A DNA stretch of 64,000 bases from Scenedesmus sp. PABB004 (lineage: Eukaryota), in the NCBI GenBank assembly GCA_014905635.1, contig JABVCE010000015.1, positions 558,001 to 622,000 on the forward strand, read 5' to 3'. This document shows positions 1-10,763 of the stretch, piece by piece. Both the position numbers and the translations under genes were made by a program. Within the stretch, counting starts at the first letter, position 1; each line of letters begins with the position of its first letter. Below the pieces are notes generated by a model. It saw nothing but the letters and a program-made list of their open reading frames with translations. It was not told the DNA's origin and did not search any database.

Positions 1-2080
1 GGCGCGACCGTGTACGCCGGCTGCAGGTCGGCGGCGCGCTGCGCGCCGCGCCGCGTGGGCCGGCGGCCGGACCGCGCTCTGCTCACCTGCGCGCGCCTGC
101 CCCGTGCCGCGCGCAGGCGCACGCACCTCGTGCCGACCGGCACCTACGCGCTCGGCGCGCCCACGCCCGCCGCGGCGCTCGCGCTGGCGCCGGCGCTGGC
201 CGCCGACGCGCGGCGCGACCTCGGCGCCGCGCAGGGCTCAGCCGCGGCGGCGGTGCTCGGCGGCGCGAGCCGCCTGAGCCCGGGCGGCGTCGTCGCGTCG
301 GCGGGCGTCGCCGCGCCGGCGCCGGACGGCGCCGTCGGCGCCGTGCACGCGCTGCACCTCAACCTCGCTGACACCGCGTCGGTCGAGGCGTTCGCGGGTG
401 GGTGCGCGGGAGGAGAAGGGGGAGGGCTGCGCTCACGGCGGCCGCACGCTCAGCGCGTGGCCGAAACTCACACCCGCGCCCGCGCCGCCCGCGCGCAGGC
501 CGCGTGCTCGAGGCGGCGGGGCGCGTCGACATGCTCGTGCTGTGCGCCGCGATCGCAGGCAAGCCGTACAAGCTCTCGCCGCAGGGCTTCGAGCTGCACT
601 GGGCGACCAACTTCCTGGTGCGCCACGGCGCCGGCGGGCCTCGCGCACGCTGCACCGCCACACGCTGTGACCGCCGCCGCCGCTGCCGCCGCGCCCGCAC
701 CTGGCCCCCCCAGGGCCACTTTGCGCTCACGCAGCACCTGCTGCCGGCGCTGCTCGACGCGCGGGTGCGGCCGCGCGCGCCTCGGCCGCCCCGCGCACCA
801 CGCGCGTGCAGCTGCGCGGCGCGCCCACGCACACGCCCTGCTCGCACAGCGCTCTCACGCCCGGGCGCGCCTGCGCCTGCACAGGCGCGCGTCGTGGTGG
901 TGTCGTCCATCCTGCACACCTACGCCGAGGACGCGGGGCCCCACTTCACCTATCCGGCCTGGCCCGCCCTGCTTGGCGTAGCCGGGGGCTGGTGGGCTTA
1001 CTGCCGGTGCGGCTGCCCCGCGGCCGGGCGTGGGCCGGCGGGCAGGGCGGGCGGCCGCGCGCCCGCGCGTGCTGCGCGCCGAGCTGCCTGGCGCCCATGA
1101 GCCGCTCCGCGCCGCGCCGCGTCGCGTCGCGCAGGTCCAACCTCGCAAAGACCTGGTTTGGCTACGAGCTCCAGCGGCGCCGTGAGCGCGCGCGCGCCGC
1201 GCGTGCGGGGCCCCGCGCGCCAGCCGCCCGCCGCCCCGAGCCCGCCGCCCCGCGCCCGCGCCGCGCCCGCCCAGACCCCGAGCTGACCGTGCCGCTGTGC
1301 CACCCGGGCGTGATCGACTCGGGGCTGACCGTCGTGCCGACCGCGGCGCTGCAGCGCGTCAAGGCGGGGCTGCTCATCTCGCCCGTCGACGGTGCGCGCA
1401 CGCTCCCCTCTGCGCGCCCGCACGCCCCTGTGCGCCCGCGCGCCCGCGCCGCCGCGCCGCCGCGCCGCCGCGCTGGGCGACGCGCCCGCCAACGCGCGCG
1501 CACCCGCCGCCGCCGGCGGCCTGCTCCCGCTGCCCCGCCCCCGCCCGCGCGTCGAGCACCCGCCGCCGGCGGCCTGCCCCACTGCCCCCGACCCCGCAGG
1601 CGCGCGCACGCCGCTCTACTGCGCGCTCTCGCCCGACGCGGTCGGCGGTCAGTTCTATCACAACGTCCTCGGCATCATCCCCAGGTGCGAGCCCAGCCGC
1701 AAGCCCAGAGGGTGCTAGATCAGCCTCACAGTCGGCCGCCGCCGCAGCGACCGCGCTGCACGCTGGATACAACGGCCGGCCAGGCGCGCACCGCCAACCT
1801 GTCGCCGCGCGCCGCGCGCACACGCAGCTCGTCCATGAGCTACGACGTCGCGCGCAGCGGCCCGTCGTACGAGGCCGCGCTGAGCATGATGTGGGCGCAC
1901 AAGAACGGCGGCCCCCCGGGCGGCGCGCGGCGCAGCGAGCGCGCGGCGCCGGCCGCAGCGCCGCAGGCGGCGGCCGAGGCGGGCGCGGGCGGCGAGCGTG
2001 CGCGCCCGGCGGCCGAGGCGCGCCCAGCAGTGGAGGCGCACCAGGCGGTCGGCGGCGCGGGCGGCGGCGCGCCGCGCTGA
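1..2080 (+). CDS. Short-chain dehydrogenase/reductase (retinol dehydrogenase/WWOX-like), 5'-partial, multi-exon
   Basis: Spliced peptides GATVYAGCR, LHLNLADTASVEAFA, GRVDMLVLCAAI..GFELHWATNFL/GHFALTQHLLPALL, ARVVVVSSILH, AYCRSNLAK, HPGVIDSGL, GARTPLYCALSP..GGQFYHN; stop at 2078-2080. Confidence 0.85.
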
Positions 2081-2482
2081 GCGCGGGCGGCAGGGGCGTT
2101 GCTCGAGTTGGTGCGAGTTGTCACGTGACAACTCGCGTGCACGCGCGCTTCTTCGGCCTTGCGCCCTGCGCCGCGGGTCTGCAGCCTGGAGCCTGGCTCC
2201 ACCTCACACCAGCGCAGCAACGATCGCCGGCCTGGACAGACGCACAGCTGCGCCAGTGCCAAGTGCTCGGCCGTGCTCGCCGCCGCCCGCGCGCCGCAGC
2301 GATAGCCGCACGCATCCCGTGCTGCGCCGCAACCGATCAAACGGGAGGTCAGCTCGCCGCGGGGCGTGCTTGCGGCGCGGTTGCCTGCCCCGGTTGGCGA
2401 GCAGCAGCGGCGCCGCTGCTGCCACCTGCTGCTCGCGGCGCCAGCGCCAGCAGAGCTTTGAGCTTTGAGAGCGCAGGCCGAG

Positions 2483-5013
2483 ATGGGGCTGCTCAACTTC
2501 AACCTCGCGTCCATGCTGGGTAACGCCACGCCCGAGAAGGCGAGCGATGCCAGCGGCAGCGGCGGCAGCGGCGGTGAGCTGGCGCCGCGCCTCCGCGCGA
2601 CCCCCACCCCCGGCCGTGCCGCGCCGCCCCGCAGCCCAAGACGGTGCTCGTGCCGCCCATGTTCGAGCGCGACGTCAAGGCGCGCGCCGCCGTCGCCCGC
2701 CGCGCGCCGCTCGCGCCGCCCTGCCGGCGCGCGAGCGCCGACCGCCGCCGCAACTCAAAACACCCGCCGCCGCCGCCGCCGCCGCTCGCCGCAGGCGCGT
2801 TCGCGCATGGTCAAGTCGAGCTACGACTACCTCTTTGCCAAGCCGGCGCTGCGGTGGCTGTTTGGGGACTACTTTGGTCCCGGGCTCAACGCGAGCCTGC
2901 TCTTTGCGCCCTCGCTCGACCCCCGCCTGAGCGTCAAGGCCAAGCTCCGCGCCGGCGACGCGGGTGATTGCACGCAACGCGCGCGCGCGCGCGCGGCGGC
3001 GGCGCGCGGGCGCGCGCGAGGTAAGCCCGCACAGCTGGACCGATCCGCGCGCCCCACGCCCGACGCGCGCAGGCACGATGAGCATCCGCTACCAGCCGTT
3101 TGGCCTCGCCGAGCCGCTGTGCTTCGTCGACATCAAGGCCTCGCCGCAGGTGCGCGCGCGCCCGCGCCGCACCGCGCCGCGCCAGCTGGCCACAGCGCGC
3201 GCCCCGCGCCCCGCGCCCGCGCGCCGCGCGCGGCGCGGCCCCGCGACGGTCGAGCGCGCTGCCGACGCACCCGCCCCGTGCCGCGTGCGCCGCCGCCGCC
3301 GCCGCCGGCAGTCGCCCGGCGACGTGACGCTGCGCGCGTGCGCGTTCAGCACCGACACCGGCCTCGGCGCGTTTGCGACGATGCCCCTCGCCAAGGATGT
3401 CTCGGGTGCGGCGCGCCGCCGCGGCCGTGACGCCGGTGGGAGGCGCCGCCCGGCGGCCCCCGCCTGCGCGCGGGGCGCTCGCGCCGCGGTGCGCTGACTG
3501 CGCCCCGCGCCCCGCGCCCCGCGCGGCAGGCAAGCGCGCCGAGGTGGGCGTCCGCTACAGCTCCCCCGTCTTCACCGCCGGCGCGGCGCTCGCGCCGGCG
3601 ACCAACACGCTGCGCAGCTTGTGGCTCTGCGGCCGGCAGCAGGGCGTCACGCGTGAGCGGCCGTGCGCGCGCGTGCGGCGCCGCCGCGGGCCCGGCCGGG
3701 CGCGCCGCCGCCGCGCGCCGCCGCCGCCGCCGCCGCCCGCGACGCAAGCCGCCACCGCCGCGCGCGCAGTCGGTGTGCAGGTGCGCCCAGAGCTGGCGGT
3801 GCACAACGTGGGCGGCTGCCTCAGCGGCGCACTGGCCGCGCTGCCGGCCAGCTGCGGCGGCGACGCCGCCGACGTCGCGTCGTGGCTGCGCAGCGTGAGC
3901 AGCGTGGCGCTCAGCTACAGCCCCGAGGGCCTCACGCGCGCGGGTGCGCCGCCTGCTCGCGCTCTCTGCCCTCCTGCGGGGCCAGCCCGCGCCTCTCTCT
4001 GAGTGCCGCCCGCTCGCCCCGGTGTGGGCCGTCAACCCACACAACCCCGCTCGCTCGCGCGCAGGGCAGCACAGCTTCACCGCGACGATGGAGATGGCGG
4101 AGGGCCGGGAGTTCATTATCTCATTCTTCCAGGTGCGGCCGGGAAGTCTGCCCGAGCGGGCGTTCGATTATCTTTCGAAAGCAGGCCCGCCCCGCGCGGC
4201 GCGCCCGCGGGCGCCGCGCCGCGTCGCGCCCGACCCCGCCGCGCCGCGCCGCGCGTCGCCGCGGCGCGGGGCGCGCAGCACATGACGGCGGTGCGGCAGG
4301 TGTTCAACCCGCTGGAGCGGGACGACGTCATCGGCATAACGAGCTACGTCGACGTCGGCCTGCAGCTCAACGTGCCGCTCGCCGCCGAGGCGGCCGCAAA
4401 GCCCGGCGCCGCCGGCAGCGCCGCCGGCGCGGCGGGGCTGCGCCTCGCGGGCGCGTGGCAGGTGCGGGGCGCGGCCGCGGCGCGCGGCGCGGTCGCGCAA
4501 TTGACTGCGGCCAACCAAACCGGCCGGTCAACCGCCGGTCAACCGCCGGTCAACCGCAGGTCAACAAGAACGTCTACCTCAAGGGCCGCCTCGGCGCCGA
4601 CGGCGTGTCGGTCGTGGCGGCGTTCAAGTCGTGGTTCCAGCCGAGCCTCGCCGTCGCGGGCGTGCTCGAGCGCAGCTTCGCGACCGGCGCGACGCGCGCG
4701 GGCGTGACGGTCCAGGCGCGCGGAGCGCTGCCGCGGCCGCGGCGCGCGCAGGGCGCGCGTGCGAGTGGGGTGCCCGCCCCTAAACCGCCCCGCGCCGTGC
4801 CGGGCCCCGCACCGCGCGCAGGTCGAGAACTTTGGCCGCCTGCGCTACGAGCGCTCGCGCGAGGCGATGGAGCACGGCCGCGTGCTCACGCAGCGCCACG
4901 AGGCGACCAGCGCCGAGGTCGCGATGGCCGCGGGCGACCGCCCGCTCGTGGGGCAGCTCGCGGCGGACGGCGAGTTCAACGCCCCGGAGCCGGCGAGCGT
5001 GACGTTCATGTGA
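2483..5013 (+). CDS. OM47-like (At3g27930 family) VDAC-related beta-barrel outer mitochondrial membrane protein, multi-exon
   Basis: Spliced peptides VLVPPMF..ARSRMVKSSYDYLFAKPALRWLFGDYF, FIISFFQHMTAVRQVFNPLERDDVIGITSYVDVG, AWQVNKNVYLKGRLG..AFKSWFQPS match conserved blocks of the plant family as recalled. Confidence 0.8.
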
Positions 5014-5365
5014 CGTGGGAAGCGCGCTAAACCCTAAACCCTGCCGCCACGGGCGAGCTCAACCCTGCCCCCACGGGCGTGGGTCTCGCTGGCTAGCAGT
5101 GACGAGGGAGGCGGGCGAGCTCAACCCTGCCCTTCCCTGACGGGGGTGGGTCTCGCTGCATTGCAAGTGCGCTGTGCGCGCTATGCGCTGCGCGCGCTCA
5201 ACGAAAGAATGCCAGCTCCGAGCGGGGCGGTCGCGGGGAGGGAGAGGGGCCGCCGGGCGCACTGCCGCCGCCGCGCGCCTGCGAGGTGGGTTTTTGTCGT
5301 CGGGGGCGTCGGCGGCACCGGACGCATCGGTCGTAACACACGTGCGTTGCGCCAAGCCCCCAGCC

Positions 5366-6139
5366 TCACGGCCCGCCGCGGTCGAGCTCGGCCAGCAAGC
5401 TGCTCAGCAAGCAGTCAATCTCGCCTGAGGCGCTCAGGCTGCCCGCCTGGCAGCTGCGCGCCGGCTGCCGCGGCTGCGGCTGCTGGCCCAGCTCCTGCTC
5501 CTGTGGCCGCCGCCGCCGCCGCCGCTGCAGCTGCACGCGGTCACGAGTGGCAGCCGCCGGTGGCGCGGCGGCGCGCGCGCCGGCGGCCGGCGGCAGGTCC
5601 CCGCTGCCGCCGTCGGCGCACGCGCAGGGCTCGCCCTGCGTCTCCTGGCGCCGCGCGGGGGGAAGAAGCACACCAAACTTGGCCAGCCACGCTTCCTCGC
5701 GCTTGCGCTGCTGCGCCAGCAGAAAGTCGTGCACGCGCCGCGACGCGCTCACGCCCGCCGCCGGCGGGCCTGCCGCCGCCGCCGCGGCTGCGGGGGCGGG
5801 CGCACGCGGCGGCTGCTGCTGTCGCTGTCGCTGCGGCGGCGGCAGCTGGCGCAGGCGGCGCAGCCGCGGCAGGCGGGCCGTTCGGGCGGCTCGCGGCTGC
5901 GGCGCCGCGGGTGCGCGTTGCTCCGCTGCGCCCGTCGCGGCGCGCGGCGGCGCGTCCGCCGCCGGCTGCGCCGCCGCCCCGGCCGGCGCGCCGCGCGGGA
6001 TGCGGCTGGGGCTGGCTGCGACGCGCGCCGGCAGCTGCTGCGCCGCGAGCGGAGGCGCGGCGCCGCGCGTGCCTGTGCGCGGGCGGCGCGGGATGCGGCT
6101 CGCGGGCTGTTGGGTCGCTGGCTGAGGGCACGCCTCCAT
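5366..6139 (-). CDS. Hypothetical low-complexity protein
   Basis: Single ORF from ATG 6139 with protein-like segments RVHDFLLAQQRKREEAWLAKFGV and GEIDCLLSSLLAELD; no family recognised. Confidence 0.35.
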   Translation of the reverse strand: MEACPQPATQQPASRIPRRPRTGTRGAAPPLAAQQLPARVAASPSRIPRGAPAGAAAQPAADAPPRAATGAAEQRAPAAPQPRAARTARLPRLRRLRQLPPPQRQRQQQPPRAPAPAAAAAAAGPPAAGVSASRRVHDFLLAQQRKREEAWLAKFGVLLPPARRQETQGEPCACADGGSGDLPPAAGARAAAPPAAATRDRVQLQRRRRRRPQEQELGQQPQPRQPARSCQAGSLSASGEIDCLLSSLLAELDRGGP

Positions 6140-6647
6140 CGCTGTGGTGTTTGATCGAGCTGAGACCGCGCGGCGTGCGTGCACGCACGCGCCCACGTGG
6201 GCGCGGGCGCGAGCGGGTCAACGCGCGGGTCAACGGCAGTGTCGCGCGAGGCGCGGCTGGCCTGGTCGACAGTGAGCTCGTGGCTACCGCGCGCGCGGCT
6301 CCGCCAGGCTCCGCTCCGCGCCGGGCGGCAGCGGCGGCGGGTGGCGGCGGGCTGCTCGCCCGCTCGCCGCCGACGCTCGTGGCATCACGGCGCGCCGACA
6401 GGAGTCACGGCTAGTGCCGACGAGGCGTCCCCGGCGGCGAACGGCGCAGCGCGCACACGCATGCAGGCAGCTGCGCGGGCTGCAGCGGGGAAGGTCGAGC
6501 TGGCCAAGCTCGGGCCCGCCCCTCAAAGCCGCTGGCCCGCCGCGCCGCGACGTCTCTTACACTCTCACAGCACGCTCGCCAGGCCGCCTCGCCCTCTCTT
6601 TGCCCGCCGCACGCGCCGCCGCTGCTTTTGCACGCGCCGCGCCCGCG

Positions 6648-8544
6648 ATGAAGGCCTCCCTCGCCGGCGCGCTCAACGCCGCCATGGCGGCTGCCAGCGG
6701 CACGCACGGGGCGGCGCCGTACGGCGCCGCCGGCGGCGCGCCGCCGCAGCAGTGGGGCGGCGCGCCCCCAGGCCACCCGCCCCCGCAGCCGGGCTGGGGC
6801 GGCGCGCCGCCGGGCTACCCCCCTCTCCAGCAGCCAGGCTGGGGCACCGCGCCCCCAGGCTACCCGCCGGCGCAGCAGCAGCCCGGGTGGGGGGCGCCGG
6901 CGCAGCAGCCCCAGGGCTACCCGCCCGCGCAGCAGGCGGCCTGGGGCGCGCCCCCGCCGCAGCAGGGCTACGGGGCTCCCCCCAGCAGCAGGGCTACGCG
7001 GCACCGCCGCCGCCGCAGCAGCCCCAGCACGCGCCGCCCGGCGCCGCGCCGCGCGTGGTCGGTGCGTGCTCCGCGCCGCTCGCGGCCCGCCCGCGGCCCG
7101 CGCGCGCCCGCGCGCCCCGCCTCACGCGCCCCGCGCGCCGCCGCCGCCGCCGCAGTCGTGTCGCCGCACTTTGCCGCGCCGGTGCAGACCACGCTCGTCC
7201 TGGCCGAGCAGTTTGGCACGTTCAGGAACGACAACTTCAACATCACCGACGCCGCGGGTGCGGCGAGACAGGGCCCGCTGCCTGCCTCCGCACTGCCAGC
7301 CTCACTCGCCCGCCGCTGCACGGTGGCGCCCCGCCGCCGAGCGCCGCCCGCCGCCGCCGGCCCTCCGCCCAACGCGCGCGCACGCCCGCGCCCGCGCCCG
7401 CCGCGCGCAGGCCGCCACGTGTTCACGCTCGCGGCGGCGGCCTTCTCCGTCGGCGGCAAGCGCCAGCTCCTCGACGCGGGCGGCGCGCCGCTGCTCTGCA
7501 TCGAGCGCAAGCTTCTGAGCCTGCACGGCACATGGGTGCTCACGCGCCCGGGTGACGGCGCGCGGCTCGCGGAGGTTAAGCCCTCCCTCGCGTCGCTCAC
7601 GCCGTGTGAGCGCTGCGCCCCGTCACGCCGCGCGCTGCCGCGGGCATCGCCCGCCCGCCCGCATACGGCCGCGCGCCCGCGCCGCCCCGCTCTCACCCCG
7701 CCCGTTCTCACCCTCCGCGCTGCACCTGTATTTCAAACCGCAGCCGTCAAGGTCTACCTGAACGACGGCGACAGCGAGCCAGACTTTGTGATCAAGGCGC
7801 GCCGCTGGCGCTGGCGCTGGCGCTGGCGCTGCGCGCGATCGCGGTTGGGTGGGCGACGACTGCCGCGGCGCGCCGACTGCCGCGGCGCGCCGACCGACGC
7901 GCCCGCTCCCTCGCGCGCGCCCGCGCCCGCGCCGCAGGGCGACTTCCGCGGCAAGCGCTTCACCATCGCGCACCGCCAGCCGGGGCGCGGCGAGGCCGTC
8001 GTCGCGAGCGTCGCGCGCGAGAGCCGCTTCGCGTCGACCACCGCGCTGCTCATGTGCGCGCGCTGCGCCGCGCCGCCGCCGCGCGCCTGCCGACCTCGCA
8101 CCCGCCCCTCAAACCCCTCGCCCCTGGGCCCTCTCGCCCCTCAAACCCTCAAAACCCTCAAACCCTGAACCCCTAAACCCTTGCCGCCCCGCCCTCGCAG
8201 GAGCATGGTGACCGACGCCAACCGCTACTTTGTGACCATCGAGCCGGGCGTGGACGGCGCCTTCATCGCCGCGCTCGCCACACTGTGCGCGGCCGCGCAC
8301 AGCGCACAGCGCGCTGCTGCCGCGCTCGCGCGCGCGCGCGCCGCACCGCCCGCCGCGCGCCGCGCCGCGCCGCCGCGGTCGCGCGCGCGCCGGGCAGCCG
8401 CCGCGCGCCGGGCAGCCGCCGCGCGCCCGGTCCGCCGCGGCTGCCGGTGGCGCGCGCGTGACGCGCCCTGACGCGGCGCGCCGCGCCCTGGCGCGCCCTG
8501 GCCACAGGTGTGACGAGATTTTTAACGACCGCGAGGGCGCGTGA
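6648..8544 (+). CDS. LURP-one-related (Tubby C-terminal-like/LOR) protein with Pro/Gly/Gln-rich N-terminus
   Basis: VVSPHFAAPVQTTLVLAEQFGTFRNDNFNITDAAG, KRQLLDAGGAPLLCIERKLLSLHGTW, DFVIKGDFRGKRFTI, YFVTIEPGVDGAFIAALATLCDEIF; needs one extra C at 6978-6983. Confidence 0.85.
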
Positions 8545-8838
8545 CGGCCCGCGGCGCGCCGGCGCCCGCGCGGCGACGCGCGCGGCCGCACGATCATCAA
8601 TAAGCACCCGGCGGCAAGGTGGTGAGGCGCCGGGGCGTGTACATCACACCGACGCTCGCACAAAGCTTGGGGGCTGGGCTGGTTGGCGGCAGCACATTCG
8701 CAACGGCGGCGACGGCCCGCAGGGCCTGCAGGGCACACACAATAACCTGGGCGCAGCGGCGCCGCCTGGCCGCGCGCGCTGGCGGGCATTCGCAGTGGCC
8801 GGCCCTGTTGCAGGGCTGCGGGCGCGGCTGGGTTGATG

Positions 8839-8843
8839 TGTAA
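8839..8843 (+). promoter_or_regulatory. Putative chlorophyte polyadenylation signal TGTAA for the LURP-one gene
   Basis: TGTAA about 300 nt after the stop at 8544; UGUAA is the known chlorophyte poly(A) signal. Confidence 0.45.
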
Positions 8844-10763
8844 CGCAGCGCGGTCGACCGAACTCGCTCGCGGTCGGGGCTGGGCTCGGTTACTCCGCCT
8901 CGCTCGCGCGCCCGGCTGTGTCCGAGCGCGAGGGCGAGGCTGAGTAAACGCGCCGGGCTGCCGCCGCCGCCGCGCGCGCCTCGGCCGCGCTGCGGTTGGG
9001 TGCGCAAGAGCGGCGCAAACCGCAACACGGCCGAGGCGCAACGTGGAGATCAGCTGGGACGGGATGCAGCCGCGGCAGCCGTAGCAGGCCGCCTCAACCA
9101 GTGGTCTAGGCCGGCATGATACGGCAGCCGGGCCCAGCTCGAACTGCCGGCCGGCGCCGCACGCGCGCGCGCGCGATGATGCTGCGCCGAGCTTGGCGCT
9201 CGGCGTCCGCGGCAATGAGCTTCCAGCCAGCCGCAGCGCCGGTGGAACGGCTCGCGCCGTGCACGCAGGGCCACTGCGTCCACTGCGGAGCCTTTCCACT
9301 GGCGCCGCGGCTGGCTCGCCGTCCACCACGCCGCCGCCGCTGGCGGCGGCGGCGCCGACGCGGGCGCGGCCGCGCCTGCGCGTGCGGCATGCACGGGTTG
9401 GCCCCCAAGCCATGCACGGGCTGGCCCCCGGACCCGCCCGCCTGCCTGCCTGCGTCTAGCACACGCGCGCCGCCGCCGCCGCGCGCCGTTGACCAGCGAG
9501 AGGCCGAGCGGCTTCTTGCCAGCAAGAGGCCGAGCGACTGCTCGCTGGTCAACGGCGCGCGACGGCGCGGGGGCCTGCGGCGCCCTCGAGGCGCGAGGCG
9601 AAGAGCTTAAGCTTGCGCGCGATGGGCAGCAGCTCAGCGCCCGCGGCAGAGCTGCGCAGCGTCGAAAGGTAGCGGCGCAAAGAAGCCCCGCCTACATCTC
9701 ACGCTGCGCAGCTCCGCGGCGGGCTCTGAGCTGGTGGGACTCCTGCGCGCGGCGGCGGCAGTCGCGGGGCAGCAGGGCGCGGCGTGAGCGCGGCGGCGTG
9801 GGCGCGGCGGTCTTGTGCGCGGTCTGCGCGCCGCCAGCCGTCGCGGCGCGTGGGCAAGGCCGCGCGCCTCCTGCCAGCTCTCGTCGTCGTCCGAGGGCAG
9901 GAGCGCGCCGTGCTGCGCGCCGCCCTGGCGGCCGGCGCCGCCCTGGCCGGCCCGTTCATGGCGATGCGCGGCGAGGTCAGGTAAATGGCAGACTCGCCGC
10001 TCATCGCCATGGACGGGCCGGCGGCAGGGATGTGAGCAGCCGCGCCCTCGCTGCCGGCGCTGCCGGCGCCGCTGTTGCTGCGCCGCCGCTGCCCACACAC
10101 GAGCGCGCCGCGCCGCGAGCTCTCGCGCCGGCCACCCGTGAGGTCACACACGGGCGGCTGGAGGCAGCGCGCGCACCTGAACGGCCGTGCGGCCGCCGTG
10201 CTGGCTGGAAAGAGCAGCACGGCGACCGCACGAGCTCTACCAGCCAGCACGGCGGCCGCACGAGCGGCCAGGTTCGCGCGCTGCTGCGCGGCGCCGTCGG
10301 CGGCACACACGCCGCGGCGAGCGCCTCGCGCGAGCCGAAAGCCTGCGAGGCACAGCGTGGGCGCGGCGCGCTTGCGTGGGGGCAGCGCGGAGCGCGGCAC
10401 GGCACAGCGCCGCCACTGCTGTTGCTGCAGCTGCTGCCGCGGCCGCGGCCAGGCGCGAGTGCGCGCCCGCCGCCCGCCGTCTCGATGGACGGAGGACCCC
10501 TCCCCGGCCGCGCCCTGCCGGGGCTGGCACGCGCCTGGACGACGCGGCGCTCTTGGACGGGCCGCGTCGAGCCGCTGCAAAGGGCTGCTGCTCCTGGCGA
10601 GGCGTGCCAAATCCGCCGGGTGCGCGCCTGGGGGCAGCGCTGGAGCGGAGCTGGCGCGAATTTGGCGTCGCAATGCAATGGCGTCGCAATCGGCGCGCGG
10701 CCGGCCTGAACCGCCGCCCTTCAACTCGCGCTGGGCCGGCCGAGTTTACGCCGCCGCCGCGGC

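Noticed and set aside
8900..10724. Long ORFs (e.g. 9489-10709 +, 9699-10724 -)
   Set aside because: No recognisable domain or consistent splice pattern; a small hypothetical minus-strand gene cannot be excluded
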